Part shown: piece by piece, positions 9,641 through 17,910 of the stretch
How positions within the stretch are numbered: position 1 is the stretch's first letter
How the letters are laid out: the number at the start of each line of letters is the position of its first letter
Virus record (IMG/VR): IMGVR_UViG_3300027740_000003
Location: 192,001 to 256,000 of that record
From: a virus
Taxonomy: Duplodnaviria; Caudoviricetes
Length of the DNA stretch: 64,000 nt
Strand: one strand, 5' to 3'
Translations under genes and position numbers: made by a program
The notes under the pieces: generated by a model
Databases searched by the model: none
What the model saw: the letters and a program-made list of their open reading frames with translations, nothing else
Told to the model about the DNA's origin: nothing

Positions 9641-10333
9641 TCAAATTATTATATTGCCAATAGACCTCATATATTCTTCCATAATCTGATCGTCTGTTAG
9701 CTGGGAATTTATTAGTTTAAAAGACAACATTGTTGTACCAATTGTTAATGGGGTAGCTGCATTTTCTCTTGCACCAATAATAAATGGACCAGTTGTTCCT
9801 CCAGTAGGAGCCGTTAATGTTGTTGAGGTATTTTTTAATATACCATTTATATAAAATTTCAATACTGTGCCAGCAATATTCCTTGTTATAGCAATATAAC
9901 ACAAGCTTGATTTTGGTGGCCTTGCAGAAGAACTATATGTAATATTAACTCCCGTGATATGTTCTGCAAAATAAGAAATTCCCACACCAGAAGATATAAA
10001 AAAACTAAATGCTACATTGCCTGTCTCAAGTTCGTCATTATTTCCATTATCACAAATATATTGACTAGCAGTTGTTGTTGTTGTAAAATTAATCAAAGTT
10101 TCTACTGTTATTTCTCCAAGTGAACACAATGCATCTTCGTGAGTTTTAGTTAGATAAGTTGCCCCATCAAAATAAAAACCAGCAAGATTATTAATCTTGG
10201 CATACATTTCTGTTCCAGATACAGTTAAATTATATCCGTTGCCAGATGAATCATTTAGAGTATTATTAAAATTATATAAAGCAACTGGAGAATATTTGTT
10301 ATCTAAATATGTTATATTTCTGAAAAGGGTCAT
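9641..10333 (-). CDS. LamG/concanavalin-A-like lectin domain protein, paralogue 3
   Basis: ALYNFNNTLNDSSGNG...ITVETLI...YIAITR...LKFYING...IIGA. Confidence 0.8.
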   Translation of the reverse strand: MTLFRNITYLDNKYSPVALYNFNNTLNDSSGNGYNLTVSGTEMYAKINNLAGFYFDGATYLTKTHEDALCSLGEITVETLINFTTTTTASQYICDNGNNDELETGNVAFSFFISSGVGISYFAEHITGVNITYSSSARPPKSSLCYIAITRNIAGTVLKFYINGILKNTSTTLTAPTGGTTGPFIIGARENAATPLTIGTTMLSFKLINSQLTDDQIMEEYMRSIGNIII

Positions 10334-11058
10334 ATAACTCCATATACTGATCCTAATGTTTTATTATATTCGCTGGCAACCTGACTATCAGTTAATTGAG
10401 AATTTATCACTTTAACAGAAAAAAGTATTGTCCCATTTAATAATTGATTACCTCCATTAACATCAGCTCCAACTATTAAATTGCCCAATGTTGTGCTATC
10501 TGCCTCTATTAATATACTTGATGTATCAAATAATTTACCATTCACATAAAATTTTAATATTGTTCCTGCCGAATTTCTGGATAAAGCCGCATGACAAATT
10601 TGACCAACAGGAAAACATGCAGTAGATGTATATGATATATTTACTCCAGCACCATGTTCAACGAAATAATGAAGTCTATTTCCAGAAGAAGCTCCAGTCG
10701 GATTTGCACTAATTAAACTCCACGCTTGGTTTCCTGTTGCTAATTCAGAGTTATTTCCAAATATAACAATAACATTTCCTGTAGGTAGAGCAGTTCCAGT
10801 GGTCCCTGGCAATATAATAATAGTTTCTATTGTTATGGCTCCAAAATTAATAAATGCACTTTCTAGAGTTTTTGTTAAATATTCCGTTCCACTAAAATAA
10901 AATCCAGTAAGACCATTAATGGTTATATATTTTTCAGTACCATCACCCAATGTCAAGTTGTATCCATTTCCAGACGAATCATTTATAGTATTATTAAAAT
11001 TATATAATACCATTGGTGAAAAAGCTGTATCTAAATAATTAAATTTTCTAAGCTTCAT
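10330..11058 (-). CDS. LamG/concanavalin-A-like lectin domain protein, paralogue 2
   Basis: VLYNFNNTINDSSGNG...ITIETII...HAALSR...LKFYVNG...IVGA. Confidence 0.8.
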   Translation of the reverse strand: MKLRKFNYLDTAFSPMVLYNFNNTINDSSGNGYNLTLGDGTEKYITINGLTGFYFSGTEYLTKTLESAFINFGAITIETIIILPGTTGTALPTGNVIVIFGNNSELATGNQAWSLISANPTGASSGNRLHYFVEHGAGVNISYTSTACFPVGQICHAALSRNSAGTILKFYVNGKLFDTSSILIEADSTTLGNLIVGADVNGGNQLLNGTILFSVKVINSQLTDSQVASEYNKTLGSVYGVI

Positions 11059-11765
11059 ACTTCTCCAAAAGAATTTCCAATTGTTTTATAATATTCTAAT
11101 TTTATTTGGTTATCATCTAGTTCCTTATTTAAAATTTTCAAAGATGGCAAAAATCCTCCATTAGGAGTAGAAGTAGTAGCGGCTTTATTAGTTCCAATTC
11201 TAAGAAAACTATTGGTTCCACCAGTAGGAGCATTTAATGTTCCTGAAGTAGCTTTTAGTTCTCCATTTATGTAAAATTTCACAACTGTTCCGGCCGAATT
11301 TCTAGTCATAGCAAGATATGTTAACTGATATGTAGCAAGAGATATATTTGATGTATAAACAACATCTGTTCCGCTGGCTCCCGTATCTGCAAAATAACCT
11401 ATATTACCAGTAGATATCATTCTAATAGAGAAAGAATTGTTGCCGGCAGGAGCGCTAGTGTTAGATCCCATTTGAACTATCCAAAATTCAGAAGATATTA
11501 TTGGAATCATTATTAACATTTCAACAGTTAATGCCCCCAATATTGTTAAAACAGGATCGTTTGATGGTCTGGACCAATATTGTACTCCACCTTTTAGTTT
11601 TAGACCAGTTATGCCATTTTGTTTAGTAAATAATGTGGCTCCGGTTGTTAATGCTAAATCTAAACCATTACCAGATGAGTCAGTTAGAACATCATTAAAA
11701 TTATATAAAGCTACTGGAGAATGTGTTAGATCAAAATAATTTATATTTTTTTTTATGAAGGTCAT
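11055..11765 (-). CDS. LamG/concanavalin-A-like lectin domain protein, paralogue 1 (start at MTFIKK, ATGA overlap)
   Basis: ALYNFNDVLTDSSGNG...LTVEMLI...YLAMTR...VKFYING...LRIG. Confidence 0.8.
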   Translation of the reverse strand: MTFIKKNINYFDLTHSPVALYNFNDVLTDSSGNGLDLALTTGATLFTKQNGITGLKLKGGVQYWSRPSNDPVLTILGALTVEMLIMIPIISSEFWIVQMGSNTSAPAGNNSFSIRMISTGNIGYFADTGASGTDVVYTSNISLATYQLTYLAMTRNSAGTVVKFYINGELKATSGTLNAPTGGTNSFLRIGTNKAATTSTPNGGFLPSLKILNKELDDNQIKLEYYKTIGNSFGEV

Positions 11766-14700
11766 ACAACCCTCCACCTAAAAGAAAATGGATCGTATAA
11801 AATCGTCACCGAATCATTTTCGTTAAGATACAACCCCCCTATTTGTGAAATTATTCTATTATTATCACTACTTGATACATCTTGATGTGAAAGAACAATA
11901 GATTTTGTACCTATATTAATAACTTCTTTTCTTATAATTGCAGCGGCTGCATCAAATCCAGATATAATATATCCATCATCTAAAGCATTTAATCTAAGAG
12001 CAGTAGCTGTGCTAAATCCAGTAGGATTATAATCATTAACATTTGTCGAAAGATCTGTAGGGGTTATAAATGTATCAGCCGTTTCAACAGCAGAAATGTT
12101 AACACGAACATTTATCCTTGACATTGTACAAATAGCATAGTTTATAATGTCGCTTTCGCTTAATCTTATTTGTGCCTCATAAATATTTGAGCCTGATGAT
12201 ATAGTTATAGACTCAGACATGAATGTTGGCATGTATCCATCTACAGTTAATGTACTTCCTATTTGTAAACCTGTAGTTATATTCATCAATCTGACTTCGG
12301 CCTGCAAATAACCGTCAAAAACCCCACTTGTACTGTACAACACTGCTTCAAAATATCCATCCGCAGATGAATAATTTACAGAATTTATTTCAGTTGATCC
12401 AATTGTTTTCCAACCGTCTAGATTATTAAAACCACCACCAATAGAAAATGATATGTATGTTGTTGTGTTGTCAAGAACATTAGCAATATATCCATCAACA
12501 TAATTTCTTGTTGCTGCATCTTGGGTAGCTATTGGATCTGCAAGATTAGTTATATTCAAGCTGCCTGCGCTGTTGCCAGCCACTAATACTTGTGATAATG
12601 TTTGTGTGCCAGACGTTCCTGTTGGCGCTCTTGATTCCCAAATTCTTTCAACAGCATCCCATGTTAAGACATAACCGTCTGTTATCCCACCAATATATGT
12701 CAAGTCTCCACTATTTGTTATTGCAACATATCCATCATTTACAGGATGCGTTAACAAGTCTAAGCTGGCAATATATCCGTCAACATAATTTCTTGTTGCA
12801 GCATCCTGTTGACTAATCGGATTTGATAAATTTGTTATTATAAAACTACCAGCACTGTTTCCTACTGTTAATACTTGTGATAATGTTGGTGTTAATGATG
12901 TTCCTGTTGGGGCCCGTGATTCCCAGATTCCTTCAGCAGCGTCCCAAGTTAAAACATAACCATCTGTTGCTCCACCAATATATATTAAATCTCCATTATC
13001 AGATATAGCAACATAGCCATCATTAACGGGATGAGTTAATAAATCTAAACCAGCAATATATCCATCAACATAATTTCTTGTTGCAGCATCCTGTTGACTA
13101 ATCGGATTTGATAAATTAGTTATTCTTAAACTGCCGGCGCTATTTCCTTCGGTTAGAATTTCAAATAAATTTGAAATAGTTGCTGAACCAGTTCCATTTA
13201 AAACAATATTGTTTCCTGAAGAATCTGTTAAAACAGCATATCCATCTGATTGTCTTATCCAGAATGTAGAATGGCCAGAAGCTGGATTCCCTCCAGGAAC
13301 AGATGATTGCAAATCTAAAACTAATCCAGTAGGATCTATCAGTCCACTTACTGTTAGTTTCCCATCTATGCTAACGTCTCCGTCAAATTCACTATCTCCA
13401 GAAACAAATAATATTGTATATCCGTCATCAGTAAGATTTCCGGGGAAATTTTTAATTATATGGACATACCCATCAAGACCAGGGCCTCCAGCGCCTGGTT
13501 GTAAAAATATACAACCAGATCTAGATATATTACTTACACTTCCTTTTAAGAAAATATTTCCAGCAGATATACTGGTTCCACTTCCAGATTGTAAAACAAT
13601 ATCTCCACCAACACTATTCGCTCCATTTTTAGAACCTGAAGTGATAGTAATATTTCCGGCAGAAGCATTTGATGCACCGGCGTTCCCAGCAGACACAGAT
13701 ATGTTTCCAGATACGGAAGACCCGCCAGAAGCAGTTATAGTAATGTTTCCAGCATTTGCAACTGGATTAGTTTTGATTAATATATCTCCACTATAAGAAC
13801 CAACGCCACCGGTTCCGGTTTCAATTGATATGTCTCCACCAGTAGACGTATTTGATCCGTAAGTTTTTAAAGTAAGAGATCCTGAATTTCCGGCATTTGA
13901 TTGGCCAGCATATACAAGTATACTTCCAGTATTTGACCCTGCCGGACTAGTATAAATATTTATATCCCCCGAGTATCCCGCATTTGCAGGATCTGGAGGG
14001 CCAGTATAAATTGCAATAGTTCCAGTATTTGAGCTACAAGAAGTACCGCTACCTGTAAATATAGATATTTGGCCTGTTGGAGCACTGTTAGTAGCAGTAG
14101 AACCTGTAGATATATAAACAGAACCGCTTGATGTAGCTGTAGAACTAGCCGCTCCAGTAGTTATAGAAACCCCACCACCATCTCCAGAGCTTGTATCTCC
14201 GGTAGCTACTGTTATTACTCCCTGTGCTGGCGATGTAATTAAACTAGAATTAGTAATAACAATATTATAACCGTCTGTAGTATTACCAAGATTTAAAATT
14301 TCAGCTAAAGTTCCTCCACCAGTACCAGTTCCAACAATATGAGTTCTCCAACGGCCTGTTGTTTGGTCATAAATTATAAGAACCAAACCGTTAGGTTCTA
14401 ATATTAAATCAGAACCATCAGATGTAAGAATACGATCCGGAGCACTACTTCCCAGATTTTCATTCATTAATGTTATAGCATAAGAGCCAATATTAACAAC
14501 AATTTTCAACAACATGTCATCGTTTTGCAAAACAGCTAAAAAGCCAGTAATTGTTGCTATTCCCGGACTGTCCAAACGAAGGATTTGTAAACTTGACCAA
14601 TTTGGTGGAGACACATCATTGTTTGCTCCAGCAAACAAAGAATGATTGATAACTTGTTGATAAGCTCCCACTCTAAGAGAAAGGTTGCCTCCGCCAAGAT

Positions 14701-15388
14701 CCAAAATGCCAGCTGTAAGACCATATCCAATCGAAAGTTTACTAGAAAGATATCCGTCAGTTGTATCAATTGCCGACACTTTTACAAATGAATCAGATCC
14801 ACTAACCGTAATTGTTGCAAGATATCCATCACTAACTACTGATTGAACACTATCCCCAACAAAATTTAATGTAGTTATGTCTGTGGAAATAACAGAGCCC
14901 TCATCCATAACTGTAATATATCCATCTCCACCACTAACAGAAATTGTAGCAACATGTCCACCACTAGACACTGCTTGCACATTATCTCCAACAAATTTTA
15001 GTGTTGTTATGTCTGTTGCTACCGTTGTGTTTTCGTCAATAACTGTAGTGTATCCGCCGGAAACAGTTGCGCTTCCAGTACCAGAATCTACTGCCGACAA
15101 AGCACCGGCAAAATGAAGTGTGGTCACTTGATATATTATGGCCGATGTATTATCATCAACAACAGTAATATATCCGTCCCCTCCGCCGCCGTCCCCAAGC
15201 TCCATAGCATCAAGACGCTGCCTTACTGTAAGATAATCGCGGCTGGGATCTATCCCTAGTTCCGTTTCTATGGCAATAATAGCGTCTCGTAATTGATTTA
15301 CTACTTCGGCCTGAACTGGAGTAATTAAATCAATTGCTCTAGGCAGCTCAGTATTCGAATCTATACCGTATGGATATCGTGTGGTCAA
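11762..15388 (-). CDS. Modular long tail fibre-like protein (1208 aa, TTG start)
   Basis: N-terminal TRYPYGID...NQLRDAIIAIETELG, ITVxDExxxxxTTLxFVG repeats, Gly/Ser-rich stack, ITNLxxPxxxQDAATRNYVD repeats; 19 DGY. Confidence 0.75.
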   Translation of the reverse strand: MTTRYPYGIDSNTELPRAIDLITPVQAEVVNQLRDAIIAIETELGIDPSRDYLTVRQRLDAMELGDGGGGDGYITVVDDNTSAIIYQVTTLHFAGALSAVDSGTGSATVSGGYTTVIDENTTVATDITTLKFVGDNVQAVSSGGHVATISVSGGDGYITVMDEGSVISTDITTLNFVGDSVQSVVSDGYLATITVSGSDSFVKVSAIDTTDGYLSSKLSIGYGLTAGILDLGGGNLSLRVGAYQQVINHSLFAGANNDVSPPNWSSLQILRLDSPGIATITGFLAVLQNDDMLLKIVVNIGSYAITLMNENLGSSAPDRILTSDGSDLILEPNGLVLIIYDQTTGRWRTHIVGTGTGGGTLAEILNLGNTTDGYNIVITNSSLITSPAQGVITVATGDTSSGDGGGVSITTGAASSTATSSGSVYISTGSTATNSAPTGQISIFTGSGTSCSSNTGTIAIYTGPPDPANAGYSGDINIYTSPAGSNTGSILVYAGQSNAGNSGSLTLKTYGSNTSTGGDISIETGTGGVGSYSGDILIKTNPVANAGNITITASGGSSVSGNISVSAGNAGASNASAGNITITSGSKNGANSVGGDIVLQSGSGTSISAGNIFLKGSVSNISRSGCIFLQPGAGGPGLDGYVHIIKNFPGNLTDDGYTILFVSGDSEFDGDVSIDGKLTVSGLIDPTGLVLDLQSSVPGGNPASGHSTFWIRQSDGYAVLTDSSGNNIVLNGTGSATISNLFEILTEGNSAGSLRITNLSNPISQQDAATRNYVDGYIAGLDLLTHPVNDGYVAISDNGDLIYIGGATDGYVLTWDAAEGIWESRAPTGTSLTPTLSQVLTVGNSAGSFIITNLSNPISQQDAATRNYVDGYIASLDLLTHPVNDGYVAITNSGDLTYIGGITDGYVLTWDAVERIWESRAPTGTSGTQTLSQVLVAGNSAGSLNITNLADPIATQDAATRNYVDGYIANVLDNTTTYISFSIGGGFNNLDGWKTIGSTEINSVNYSSADGYFEAVLYSTSGVFDGYLQAEVRLMNITTGLQIGSTLTVDGYMPTFMSESITISSGSNIYEAQIRLSESDIINYAICTMSRINVRVNISAVETADTFITPTDLSTNVNDYNPTGFSTATALRLNALDDGYIISGFDAAAAIIRKEVINIGTKSIVLSHQDVSSSDNNRIISQIGGLYLNENDSVTILYDPFSFRWRVV
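12478..13175 (-). repeat. Tandem intragenic repeat, 285-bp (95-aa) period, about 2.5 copies
   Basis: GCAGCATCCTG/GCTGCATC anchors at 13083, 12798 and 12513 (spacing 285); the first two copies are near-identical in DNA. Confidence 0.9.
14790..15175 (-). repeat. Three ~43-aa repeats (GYITVxDExxxxxTDITTLxFVGDxVxAV) near the fibre N-terminus
   Basis: Direct comparison within the translation. Confidence 0.8.
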
Positions 15389-15438
15389 GATAAACCCCTA
15401 TAAAAATAATCAATCACTAAAATACCAAAATATGCAAT

Positions 15439-15471
15439 AAAAAAGCCCGGCCATTTCTGGCCGGGCTTTTT
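15439..15471. terminator. Bidirectional rho-independent terminator
   Basis: AAAAAA-GCCCGGCCA-TTTC-TGGCCGGGC-TTTTT: perfect 9-bp GC stem flanked by A and T tracts, between the wHTH gene and the fibre operon. Confidence 0.92.
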
Positions 15472-15489
15472 ATAACAGTATATAATCTA

Positions 15490-15780
15490 TTAACTATCTC
15501 TAAAGACTGTACGAAGTTTCGTCACAGTCAACTCCCTTAATGTAAGTCGATAACTTGTTTGACCGTTCTCTCTACGACAATGTACTCTAAATGCACCATA
15601 CTCTGGCTTGCGAAGGTCTCGAATACGTGAATCTGCTGAACTAACCCTAATGTTTCGCGTCCTAACCCATCCCTCTCCATCATCAGCATCTACCAATAGT
15701 TGGAACAGTACCTTTTGTACATTATTTGTAAATCTACGTGTATTTACTCTGCTTACATATCTCTTTAACGATTCTCTCAT
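15490..15780 (-). CDS. Small basic winged-HTH-like DNA-binding protein (96 aa)
   Basis: SADSRIRDLRKPEYG...HCRRENGQTSYRL resembles the wHTH recognition helix and wing; strong SD AAGGAGA. Confidence 0.55.
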   Translation of the reverse strand: MRESLKRYVSRVNTRRFTNNVQKVLFQLLVDADDGEGWVRTRNIRVSSADSRIRDLRKPEYGAFRVHCRRENGQTSYRLTLRELTVTKLRTVFRDS

Positions 15781-15793
15781 GGTCTTTCTCCTT

Positions 15794-15815
15794 TGTGGAT
15801 ATCTTGTTATCCACT
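15794..15815. promoter_or_regulatory. Inverted repeat/operator made of two DnaA-box-like 9-mers upstream of the wHTH gene
   Basis: TGTGGATAT-CTTG-TTATCCACT; each half is one mismatch from TTATCCACA; GTGGATA/TATCCAC is a perfect inverted pair. Confidence 0.45.
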
Positions 15816-15835
15816 TATTATTAGCCGTTCTCGAA

Positions 15836-16039
15836 CTATTGTTTCTGCTTTATTATTTTTGGCAACTCTATCCCTAAGTCATTTACAAGTTGCGCAAACT
15901 GATTTATTGTTATCTCACAAGCATTTATTTCAAATTTTAAACCATCATTTCTATTTTTAGCCCCAAGAATTACTGCTACGTTTCCAGGAGAACCAATCTT
16001 TATTTCTATAAAACTTCTATCTTCAAAATCTATTTTCAT
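15836..16039 (-). CDS. Hypothetical protein (67 aa)
   Basis: ATGA overlap with map; SD GGAGAA. Confidence 0.65.
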   Translation of the reverse strand: MKIDFEDRSFIEIKIGSPGNVAVILGAKNRNDGLKFEINACEITINQFAQLVNDLGIELPKIIKQKQ

Positions 16040-16800
16040 AAATTTTCTCCAGTAATTTCTGTTATAATATGGACAACATCATCCATTAATGTTATTGAAT
16101 TTTCAAAATGACATCCAATATCTGGGGTTAATACTCCCCAACCATCAGAAGCAGTTTTTGTGGTTGGATATCCAATAACAATCATAGGCTCAATAGCTAT
16201 AGATAATCCGTTTGTTATTCTTACACCTTCATTTATAGAAGATTTATTTGCTATAAACGGATTTTCGTGCAAATTTGGTCCTATGCCGTGTCCACCATAT
16301 TCTGTAATTAAACCGAATGAAGATTTGGAAACAATTTTATTTATAGCATTTCCTATAGATCCTATTCTGTTTCCTATTTTTACAGCCTCCTGGCCTGCAC
16401 GTAAAGCTTTTTTACATACATCAAGCATTTCTACATGCTGTTTATTTTTCGGCTCTCCACATATCCAAGTTCTAGCCGCATCAGCAATTGAACCTTTATA
16501 AGTGGCACCTACATCTATTGATACTACGTCCCCCGACTGTAGTATATAATCAGAAACAATTCCGTGAACTAAAACTTTATTTATAGAAACGCATATTGCG
16601 CTTGGAAAACCATCATAGTTCAAAAACGTTGGTATACAATTATATTCTTTAAAAGAAGAAAAAGCTATATTTTCTAATTCTTTTAAAGAGAGATTAGGAA
16701 CAATTGCTTCGCCACAACTTTTAAGAATATTAGATACACATTGGCCAGCGTGTTTTTGGTTTGCCAGCCAATCATTATTTTTTAATACAACAAAGTCCAT
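16036..16800 (-). CDS. map: Methionine aminopeptidase type I
   Basis: FPSAICVSIN..LVHGI, metal ligands in IDVGA, DAART, GHGIG, AIEPMI, HFENSI. Confidence 0.93.
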   Translation of the reverse strand: MDFVVLKNNDWLANQKHAGQCVSNILKSCGEAIVPNLSLKELENIAFSSFKEYNCIPTFLNYDGFPSAICVSINKVLVHGIVSDYILQSGDVVSIDVGATYKGSIADAARTWICGEPKNKQHVEMLDVCKKALRAGQEAVKIGNRIGSIGNAINKIVSKSSFGLITEYGGHGIGPNLHENPFIANKSSINEGVRITNGLSIAIEPMIVIGYPTTKTASDGWGVLTPDIGCHFENSITLMDDVVHIITEITGENL

Positions 16801-17295
16801 TTAGGAACTCTTTTTTCTACCCTTCTTTTTCTGATTCTGAGTTTTCTCTGCTTTAGAGATAAGAGCAGCTACGGCAGCCATATCATCGTCAGCATCAAAA
16901 CTTGAAGATAAAGCCTCTACGGTAGGAACGTCTTCTGTAGTGGCAGCTGCCTCTTCTTCCTCATCTTCTTCTAAAGCTAATTGTGCCGGTGTTTTTTCTG
17001 GTTTTGTAGCAACTGGAACTCCTCCAATAAGTTTAGCCTTTTCTTCTTTTACTCTCTTGGAGATATCTACATAATCATCATTATTTAAGTTTACAGATGA
17101 TGCGGTTTGTCCAGGTATTTGTCCAGAAATTAGGACTCTAACAAAAAGCTGGTCTAAAGAGCCGGCTCTAGCAGATACTTGATGTAAAGTTTTTTGATCA
17201 ATTACACCTCTGCCCATATTAAGAATACTATTTATATGATCTCTAACAGCAGCTAAGTTTGCCAAATAATTAAGTAATTCTTTATCCATTTTCAA
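16801..17295 (-). CDS. Hypothetical protein with an acidic linker and basic C-terminus (164 aa)
   Basis: ORF coupled to neighbours. Confidence 0.7.
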   Translation of the reverse strand: MKMDKELLNYLANLAAVRDHINSILNMGRGVIDQKTLHQVSARAGSLDQLFVRVLISGQIPGQTASSVNLNNDDYVDISKRVKEEKAKLIGGVPVATKPEKTPAQLALEEDEEEEAAATTEDVPTVEALSSSFDADDDMAAVAALISKAEKTQNQKKKGRKKSS

Positions 17296-17527
17296 CTACC
17301 TCATCTTTTATAGGATCGGCTCTAACAATAGTGCCGTCTTCTTTAATAACATCTGTTCCAAGCAACAGTCTGTACTTGTTATAAATGCTTATAACAACAT
17401 TAGTTGCTTCCAAATCTGCTACCCTGGCAATAGCAACAAACTTTTCAGCTTCCATCTTTGTTGCCGCTGCCCGAGCCCTGGTAGCACTTACTGCATTTAA
17501 TTCTTCTTGTGTAATTTTGTCAGTCAT
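17282..17527 (-). CDS. Hypothetical Ala-rich helical protein (81 aa, start MTDKIT)
   Basis: SD GAGGT upstream of the ATG at 17527. Confidence 0.65.
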   Translation of the reverse strand: MTDKITQEELNAVSATRARAAATKMEAEKFVAIARVADLEATNVVISIYNKYRLLLGTDVIKEDGTIVRADPIKDEVVENG

Positions 17528-17903
17528 TTTTAACCTCTTCATCAAAGACAGAGCCGAAAAGAACCTCGACATCCATGTAATACTTTTCTTTTTTATTAAT
17601 TTTAGATCGGTCAATACATAATTTATAGTGTGGCTTGTTCCATTTTCCAATCAACTCATTTTCTACATATATCCCAGCCTCACCGTCTTTGTTATCTGAA
17701 ATGAATATTTTATTCGTTTCCAGCGTTTTTCTCATTTTAGCCCGCTGAATAGCAGAAAGTGATTCAGGGTCTCCATCGTCCGGTATACAATCCTCAAAAT
17801 CTACACCCATTTGAGACAATACGCTATATATCCACTGATACATTAATATACGAGCACGATCTTTAGCGTCTTGTCTAGATGCTAAGAAAGACATTGATAT
17901 CAT
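17520..17903 (-). CDS. Hypothetical protein (~127 aa; start placed just downstream of the nrdJ stop)
   Basis: ORF track; the longer start would overlap nrdJ by more than 100 bp. Confidence 0.6.
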   Translation of the reverse strand: MISMSFLASRQDAKDRARILMYQWIYSVLSQMGVDFEDCIPDDGDPESLSAIQRAKMRKTLETNKIFISDNKDGEAGIYVENELIGKWNKPHYKLCIDRSKINKKEKYYMDVEVLFGSVFDEEVKND

Positions 17904-17910
17904 TGTAAAA

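Noticed and set aside
11762-15388. DGY enrichment as a DNA-level repeat or recombination site
   Set aside because: The underlying 9-mers vary at all three wobble positions and always keep the same reading frame
15389-15438. A conserved late-promoter motif upstream of the fibre operon
   Set aside because: A promoter is likely here after the terminator, but I could not find a motif shared with other operon starts in this window
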